Shown here: positions 27,105-32,000 of the stretch, piece by piece | Layout: every line of letters starts with the position of its first letter | Position numbering within the stretch: the stretch's first letter is position 1 | Source: Aquitalea denitrificans | GTDB lineage: Bacteria; Pseudomonadota; Gammaproteobacteria; Burkholderiales; Chromobacteriaceae | Assembly (NCBI RefSeq): GCF_009856625.1 | Contig: NZ_CP047241.1 | Location: forward strand, 1,485,557-1,517,556 | Reading direction: 5' to 3' | Length of the DNA stretch: 32,000 nucleotides | Made by a program: the position numbers and the translations under genes | Notes under the pieces: generated by a model | The model's input: the letters and a program-made list of their open reading frames with translations, nothing else | The model's database searches: none | What the model was told of the DNA's origin: nothing

Positions 27105-28107
27105 ATTCGGTTTCCTTGCTCACACTGTATGCCACACAGGGGTCGATCAGGCTGATCTGGCGCTGCCATTCTGCGTCAGACGCTGCCGCCAGAAAACCCA
27201 GGCTTACCCGCAATACCCCTTCCGGGTGCGCATGCCACAGCGTGGGCGGCAGCACCCGGTAACGGCTGATGCGGCCATTTTCATCCAGTGCCGCCAGATG
27301 CAGCAGCGGCCCGCGTGCGGTGTCCACCAGCGCCAGTGCGCCATCGGGCAGGCTGGCGGCGCTGGCTTGCAGCTGGCTGCCATTCAGCCAGCGCGCCAGT
27401 TGCAGCAGCCGGGCCAGCAGCCGTGCACGCGGGTACAGACCTTGTTGCAGCAAGCCGGGCAGTTGCTCCGCCTCGCGCGCCAGTGCGCTCACCTCGCGCG
27501 CTTGTCCCTGCCACACCGGCCCGCCGGGGCGCAGCCAGTCGGCCAGATTGTCGGCCAGCATGCCTGCGCCAAGCGGTGGCAGCAGGGTACAGCCGGGCTG
27601 TGCCTGATCCAGCAGGCGCAGCCAGCACGCCGGGGCGGTATCGCCATGCATCAACCAGTCCAGCCAGCCGTCTTCCCCGCGTTGCAGCCAGTGCTGGCAG
27701 TCTTCGCCGTAGACAAAGGCTTCGGCCAGCTTGCGCAGCGCAGGCAAGTCCTGTGCGGTTCGCCATTGAGCGGTCCACTGTGCCGCCGCCGGTGCGCCGT
27801 CAAATGCCTGCGACCAGTCCAGCAGCAGCTTGCGCAGGGTTTCGCGCGTGGCTTCCAGTGTCAGCGTGGCACGCTCGGCATCGCTTGCCCTGGCGTGTTG
27901 CCCGCCTGCCTGCTGCAGTACCAGTCTGGCGGCCAGGCTTTGGGCCTGGGCGCACAGGGAAAACAGCAGCGGGGTCATGGCAATGGCTTGCGCAGCGGGC
28001 TGGCCAATGAACAGCCGCTCGGCTTCACGGCGTGGCCAGCTTACGCTGACGGCAGCGCTCCTGTCCTTGTTCTGGCTCAGATGAATACGGATCTGATCGG
28101 CTGTCAT
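27097..28107 (-). CDS. hoxV: HoxV/HupK-type [NiFe]-hydrogenase large-subunit-like scaffold protein
   Basis: 336 aa. It retains degenerate large-subunit motifs (LLFSLCAQAQ near the N-terminus, PTLWHAHPEG, and DPCVAY near the C-terminus). It lies between hoxT and hypA, as in MBH clusters. I chose the start at ATG 28105-28107, an ATGA overlap with the hoxT stop, rather than the track start at 28251. Confidence 0.72.
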   Translation of the reverse strand: MTADQIRIHLSQNKDRSAAVSVSWPRREAERLFIGQPAAQAIAMTPLLFSLCAQAQSLAARLVLQQAGGQHARASDAERATLTLEATRETLRKLLLDWSQAFDGAPAAAQWTAQWRTAQDLPALRKLAEAFVYGEDCQHWLQRGEDGWLDWLMHGDTAPACWLRLLDQAQPGCTLLPPLGAGMLADNLADWLRPGGPVWQGQAREVSALAREAEQLPGLLQQGLYPRARLLARLLQLARWLNGSQLQASAASLPDGALALVDTARGPLLHLAALDENGRISRYRVLPPTLWHAHPEGVLRVSLGFLAAASDAEWQRQISLIDPCVAYSVSKETEYA

Positions 28108-28568
28108 CGGCCCAGTCCAAACAGGCGGCGGCGCGACATATCCGGTGCGGCGGGCTGTGCCGGTGGAAACAATAGCTTGAGCACTTCTTCTGCCGTGCTG
28201 CAGGCGCTGGCCTGATCGGCAAATTGCAGCACCGGCGAAAACAGCGAGCACAGCCGGTAGTCGCCCAGTGCGGCTTCATGCCCAGCCATGAAGGGCAGGG
28301 CGTCACCCGGCAGTGGCACCACCACCTCGCCCCCGGGTGGCACCGGCGGCAGGCTGTCGGCTGCGGCGGGCAGCAGCAACAGGTTCATGAACCAGGGGGT
28401 CAGCAGCACGCCCACCCATAGCTGGCCGTGTGGGCCGTCCCACTGCCGGAAGCCGATGGCTTGCACCTGTAGCGCCGGATTGAGGATGGGAATGCCCTGC
28501 ATGCGTGTGTCGGCAATCTGGCGGAACAGGCTTTCCAGCCCGGGGCCGGGGGTCTGGGCAGGGTTCAT
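28104..28568 (-). CDS. hoxT: HoxT/HupJ (HybE-like) hydrogenase assembly chaperone
   Basis: 154 aa. ...RMQGIPILNPALQVQAIGF...GVLLTPWFMNLLLLP matches the HybE/HupJ family pattern as I recall it. The position after the rubredoxin gene agrees with hoxR-hoxT synteny. Confidence 0.7.
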   Translation of the reverse strand: MNPAQTPGPGLESLFRQIADTRMQGIPILNPALQVQAIGFRQWDGPHGQLWVGVLLTPWFMNLLLLPAAADSLPPVPPGGEVVVPLPGDALPFMAGHEAALGDYRLCSLFSPVLQFADQASACSTAEEVLKLLFPPAQPAAPDMSRRRLFGLGR

Positions 28569-28789
28569 GCCGGTGTGTCCAGCACCATGAACTGGTCACG
28601 TGCGCCATCGCACACCGGGCAGCGCCAGTGGTCCGGCAGGGCGGAAAACGGCGTGCCGGGCGGAATCTGCCACACATCGTCGCCCTGGGCCGGGTCGTAC
28701 ACCCACCAGCAGATCTTGCATTCCATGCGTGCATCGTCCGCAAGGCTGGCGTCGCGCCCCAGATAGGAGCCTTCGAAGCGCCCGTCCAT
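28565..28789 (-). CDS. hoxR: Rubredoxin HoxR/HupI
   Basis: CKICWWVYDP...WRCPVCDG are the two rubredoxin CxxC knuckles. I chose the start at ATG 28787-28789 (MDGRFEG...), which shares one nt with the hoxQ stop (TGATG); this gives 74 aa. Confidence 0.85.
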   Translation of the reverse strand: MDGRFEGSYLGRDASLADDARMECKICWWVYDPAQGDDVWQIPPGTPFSALPDHWRCPVCDGARDQFMVLDTPA

Positions 28790-29652
28790 CAGTATTCCCC
28801 TTGCAACCACTGCCATGCTTCTTGCAGGCGGTCCAGCGAGTCAGCCAGATCGTCCTCCGAGGCCAAGGCCACTTCCGGAATACGGGTGATTTCCAGCGTA
28901 TCCAGCAAGATGCTGTTCATGCCGTTGAAGTACTGCACGCGCCAGACATTGGCGAGCGAGGTGGCCATGATGCGGCATTTGCCATAGCCACGGGAAAACA
29001 CCCCGCTATTGCCCGGCCCCAGGATGGCATCCAGGCAGTCCATGTCGGCCGGGCTCATCGGCAGCAAGGAAAAGTTGATGATATGGGCCTCGCTGCCGGG
29101 GTTTTGCATGGCGGCGGCAATTTCGGTCAGTACCGGCCCGGCGTTCATCAGCTGGTCGGGCAGGGTGGGGATGTCCAGCTCACCTTTGCCAAACGCGCGA
29201 GCGGCCTGCCATACGGCGGCGGGAATCGGGCAGGCTTCAATGCGGTCGGCCAGCAGCTGGCCATCGGCACTGCTTTCCAGTACACGCCAGATGCCGGCGA
29301 ATACCGATTCCTGCATGTCCAGTTCGCGTCCGTCCAGCAGCTTCACCCGACAGGACACTTCGCCTTCGCCCAGTAGCTGGTTGATCAGCTGACGGTTGGC
29401 GGCGTCAAGCTGGCTGATGTCCTGCACCGGGTAAACCTCGGCATCGCCCTTGTAGCCTTGCAACTGGGTAATCAGCTCGGCAATCACCTGTTTGGCGGCA
29501 TGCAGGTGTTCCACCTCTTCCGAGGTGGGCAGGGAGGGCTGGTCGAAGCTGTCGATTTCACGCGGCAGCGGCATGTAGGCCAGGTCCGGGTCTTCCGGTT
29601 GCGAACCGGGGCCCAGGCCCACCACGGCGACGGGGAAGGGTTTGATGTTCAT
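28789..29652 (-). CDS. hoxQ: Hydrogenase expression/formation protein HoxQ/HupH
   Basis: 287 aa from ATG 29650-29652 (MNIKPFPV...), with an ATGA overlap with the hoxO stop. The track start at 29658 is TTG. Size, position and the C-terminal GYGKCRI...VWRVQYFN region fit HupH/HyaF-like proteins. Confidence 0.78.
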   Translation of the reverse strand: MNIKPFPVAVVGLGPGSQPEDPDLAYMPLPREIDSFDQPSLPTSEEVEHLHAAKQVIAELITQLQGYKGDAEVYPVQDISQLDAANRQLINQLLGEGEVSCRVKLLDGRELDMQESVFAGIWRVLESSADGQLLADRIEACPIPAAVWQAARAFGKGELDIPTLPDQLMNAGPVLTEIAAAMQNPGSEAHIINFSLLPMSPADMDCLDAILGPGNSGVFSRGYGKCRIMATSLANVWRVQYFNGMNSILLDTLEITRIPEVALASEDDLADSLDRLQEAWQWLQGEY

Positions 29653-30089
29653 GCGCAACCTTTCTCGCTGCTGGCACTGGTGACCGGAATGCCGACCGAG
29701 GGCGGGCGACGGGTGGGGGCGGTCAGCTTGTCGGCAAAGCTGTGCACGATGTCCGGCCAGTCTTGCAGACCGGCGATGATGCCCACGTATTCACCCTGCC
29801 GCAGAAACAGCAGGGCCGGGAATTTCAGGATGCCAAAGCGTTTGGCGATGGCCTGGCTGGCCGGCAGGTCGGCATAGGCCACGCGGAAGGTGTCGGCGGG
29901 GAATTCGCGCAGAACTTCCGGCACGATCACCACATTGTCCAGCACCTCGGGATATTTCACCGGGTCGGCATTCAGCATCACGATCAGGTTTTGCGTTGCA
30001 CTTGCCAGGCTGTCGAGGCTGGCGGCATCAGTTTGCATGTAGCTGGTGAAGGCCAGCCGCTGCAGCAGAATGTCTTGCTGGGAGTCCAT
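29649..30089 (-). CDS. hoxO: HoxO/HupG (HyaE-like, thioredoxin-fold) hydrogenase small-subunit chaperone
   Basis: 146 aa, thioredoxin-like without an active-site CxxC (...DNVVIVPEVLREFP...RFGILKFPALLFLRQGEYVG). It is placed between hoxL and hoxQ. Confidence 0.75.
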   Translation of the reverse strand: MDSQQDILLQRLAFTSYMQTDAASLDSLASATQNLIVMLNADPVKYPEVLDNVVIVPEVLREFPADTFRVAYADLPASQAIAKRFGILKFPALLFLRQGEYVGIIAGLQDWPDIVHSFADKLTAPTRRPPSVGIPVTSASSEKGCA

Positions 30090-30412
30090 CAGGAGGGTTT
30101 CCTTTGTGCATCGAATTGGGCTTGCAGATGCGGCGGCAGTTGCGGTTCGCGCTGGTTGAGATCGGCCAGGTGGATGGCCGGGTCGAAACGGCCATTCATG
30201 GCGGCATCCAGTGCAGCCAGCGCATCCAGGATGTCGGCTGCACGTTCGGCGCTTAGCACCTCGCGTGCCGCGCCCATGAATACCAGCAGCCAGTCACCGG
30301 GCTGTACCGCGCCCACCAGCGACAGGTCCACCGTTTGCCATTGCCCGGCGTGCTGACAGTCGGCCACCAGTTCGTGACAGCGTTCCACTTGCATGGGAAT
30401 GCCCAGACACAT
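30089..30412 (-). CDS. hoxL: HoxL/HupF (HypC-family chaperone with C-terminal extension)
   Basis: 107 aa starting MCLGIPMQV (HypC-type Cys2) and carrying a longer C-terminal tail than HypC. TGATG junctions on both sides. Confidence 0.82.
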   Translation of the reverse strand: MCLGIPMQVERCHELVADCQHAGQWQTVDLSLVGAVQPGDWLLVFMGAAREVLSAERAADILDALAALDAAMNGRFDPAIHLADLNQREPQLPPHLQAQFDAQRKPS

Positions 30413-31020
30413 CAGCCTTCTCCTTGCAGCACGCGGTCGTCGCCGATGCGGCAGGCCAGTTCGGCGGACGGGCGCTCGTCTTCATAGCGCTGCATGTCCA
30501 GACTGGCGTGATTCAGCCGGTCTCCGTCCTGGCGGGGTGACAGGCTGACGCCCCAGTCCTGCAACTGCTGCACGGCCAGCGCGATGGCCGGTTCCAGCTG
30601 CGCGCGTACCGCGTTGGTCAGGCTGCCGCCATAGTCTTCCAGTTGCACCGGCTGCACGCCGATCAGCACGATATCCACCGGCAGATTGCCCTTGAGATCG
30701 GCCAGCGCCAGCACCTCGGAAAAGCCGGTCTGGTGCAGGCTCATTTTCTTGGCGGTGAGATAGGCCGGCACCGCATCGTCGCGGTACACCTTGAGCGTGC
30801 CGGGCGTGAGGCCAAAGTCGATGGCGTCAAACAGGATCAGCCGGTCCGCTGCTTCCACATAGGGCAGCAGCAACAGGCCTTGGGTGCCACCGTCCACCAC
30901 GTCGACGTTGGCAGGTAACTGATAGCGGGCAAACAGCTGCTCGGCGGCGCGAACGCCAAAGCCTTCGTCAGCCCAGAGCAGATTGCCCAGCCCCATGATG
31001 ATGATGTTGTCGGTTTGCAT
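30412..31020 (-). CDS. hoxM: [NiFe]-hydrogenase maturation endopeptidase HoxM/HupD (HyaD/HybD family)
   Basis: 202 aa. IIMGLGNLLWADEGFG, VDGGTQG and SLHQ motifs of the HybD/HyaD protease family. Confidence 0.9.
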   Translation of the reverse strand: MQTDNIIIMGLGNLLWADEGFGVRAAEQLFARYQLPANVDVVDGGTQGLLLLPYVEAADRLILFDAIDFGLTPGTLKVYRDDAVPAYLTAKKMSLHQTGFSEVLALADLKGNLPVDIVLIGVQPVQLEDYGGSLTNAVRAQLEPAIALAVQQLQDWGVSLSPRQDGDRLNHASLDMQRYEDERPSAELACRIGDDRVLQGEG

Positions 31021-31047
31021 GCTGTGATGGCCCTGTAACGGAGTGGG

Positions 31048-31388
31048 TTACAGATCAAGATTCATGCCAGTGCCGGACTTGCAGGGAATATGTGCTGGAT
31101 CAGAGGTTTGGCGCTTATTCCATACGTAATGCAAGGACATAGACCTGGCAAATGGAAAGTAAAAGTGCAAACCATCTAACCAGTAGTGATCAGGTAGCTG
31201 CCGTGAATGGAAGCGTTCCCGGTAATGGACATGGCTGATTCGGGAATGGCGGCCGGCTGGCGGTGAAAACTGCGTTGGGCATGCCACTGGTCAATGCAGG
31301 CTGCGGCAGTCCTGGACGCAGAGCCAAGTACCTTGCCATTGGGGTTGGCGGAGGAGTGGATGACGATCAGATTGATGGTGCGGGACAC
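31048..31388 (-). pseudogene. Decayed N-acetylmuramoyl-L-alanine amidase (amidase_2, AmpD/T7-lysozyme-like) gene remnant
   Basis: GTG 31386-31388 has AGGA 8 nt upstream. The N-terminus (INLIVIHSSANPNGK...TAAACIDQWHAQRSF) matches the amidase_2 pattern (IVIHxSAxPxG...I..WH..RG[WF]). The frame stops after 70 aa at 31176 and a second frame continues to 31048. The total span is about 113 codons, against about 150 or more for intact family members, and I cannot recover the downstream family motifs. Confidence 0.4.
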
Positions 31389-31671
31389 GATATTTCCTCA
31401 TGCAGGACATGAGGCAAATCGTAGGGAAAGTTAGGAGGAGGGAAGATCGGGAAGGGGTTTGGTACAAGCGTCGGGCACAGCAGGATCACGGTAGGGAGTG
31501 ATTTTAATGTGGCTGCTTTTAATGATAAGGTTATATGGCTACAATAATTGCTGGTTGTTTCTTAAGGCTTTTGTGAGTAATTGGGTGTGGATTTTGTTTT
31601 GGAAATTAGGGTTGTTTTGATAGGGTGTGAGCTTGTGAAATTGTATTTATGTACATTGAAAGGAAAATGTT

Positions 31672-32000
31672 TTGAAAGCTACTAAATATCAGGTGTTTCT
31701 TAGCTCGACGTATTCTGACTTGGTGGATGAGCGAGAAGGCATTATTAAGGCTGTGTTGGAGATGTATAATATTCCAATTGGCATGGAAATGTTCAGTGCA
31801 GAGGATGAGGATCAGTGGGAAATTATAAGAAGAACAATTGAGGTTAGTGATTATTATATTCTTGTTCTCGGGTTGAGGTATGGAACAAAAACATCTGATG
31901 GTATTAGCTTTACTCAGAAGGAATATCAATATGCTTTGGAGAAAAAAATACCAATCCTTGCTTTTGTTATGAACGATACAGTGCCATTGTCAAAAGAGAA
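31672..32000 (+). CDS. DUF4062-domain protein, N-terminal 109 codons only; the gene continues past the right edge
   Basis: TTG 31672-31674 has AGGA 7 nt upstream. The translation is KATKYQVFLSSTYSDLVDEREGIIKAVLEMYNIPIGMEMFSAEDEDQWEIIRRTIEVSDYYILVLGLRYGTKTSDGISFTQKEYQYALEKKIPILAFVMNDTVPLSKE. This fits the DUF4062 (PF13271) pattern vFiSSTy.DL..ER..vi.ail....iPvGME.F.A.d..qwe.I...Id.sDyyvli.G.rYG. The frame is open to the edge in strongly AT-rich DNA. The 107-aa track ORF on the opposite strand is its shadow. Confidence 0.75.
   Translation, partial: MKATKYQVFLSSTYSDLVDEREGIIKAVLEMYNIPIGMEMFSAEDEDQWEIIRRTIEVSDYYILVLGLRYGTKTSDGISFTQKEYQYALEKKIPILAFVMNDTVPLSKE

Noticed and set aside
31054-31069. 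Sigma54-like motif TGGCAT-N5-TTGAT on the minus strand, 33-48 nt upstream of the hoxM ATG
   Set aside because: The spacing is right (GG-N10), but the highly conserved -12 GC is GA here. No HoxA-type upstream activator sites were identifiable. I treat it as a chance match unless transcript mapping says otherwise.
31606-31929. 107-aa minus-strand ORF in the AT-rich segment
   Set aside because: It is the shadow of the plus-strand DUF4062 frame, which has a recognisable domain pattern, an RBS and stays open to the window edge.

Overview
GC-rich proteobacterial chromosomal window; a betaproteobacterial origin is only my inference from the look of the proteins. Left to right:

- **1-1717, minus:** a beta-alanine/valine catabolic pair, mmsA (truncated by the window edge) and a bauA-like aminotransferase.
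- **1811-5390:** an AraC-family regulator, ohr, a small membrane ORF and rimO.
- **5459-6820, minus:** an orphan soluble PAS histidine kinase that looks HoxJ/HupT-like.
- **6821-7754:** a 934-bp AT-rich intergenic region.
- **7755-14405, plus:** a complete pgaABCD (poly-beta-1,6-GlcNAc) operon.
- **14726-16943, plus:** a methyl-accepting chemotaxis protein and a DinB-family protein.
- **16950-31020, minus:** a 14-kb [NiFe]-hydrogenase regulatory and maturation cluster in the Ralstonia/Cupriavidus MBH order: hoxM-L-O-Q-R-T-V, hypA-B-F-C-D-E, hoxA, hoxB, hoxC. The last two are the H2-sensing regulatory hydrogenase.

Two points stand out. First, the structural genes hoxK/hoxG/hoxZ expected upstream of hoxM are absent. 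In their place are a decayed amidase_2 (AmpD/T7-lysozyme-like) gene remnant and a sharply AT-rich segment. That segment carries the 5' end of a DUF4062-domain gene that runs off the right edge, so it may be the border of a defence or conflict island. Second, the candidate hoxJ kinase lies about 10 kb from hoxABC, separated by the opposite-strand pga-MCP-dinB block.

I saw no rRNA, tRNA, CRISPR array or intact transposase. Many long antisense ORFs in the track are GC-rich shadow frames and were rejected.
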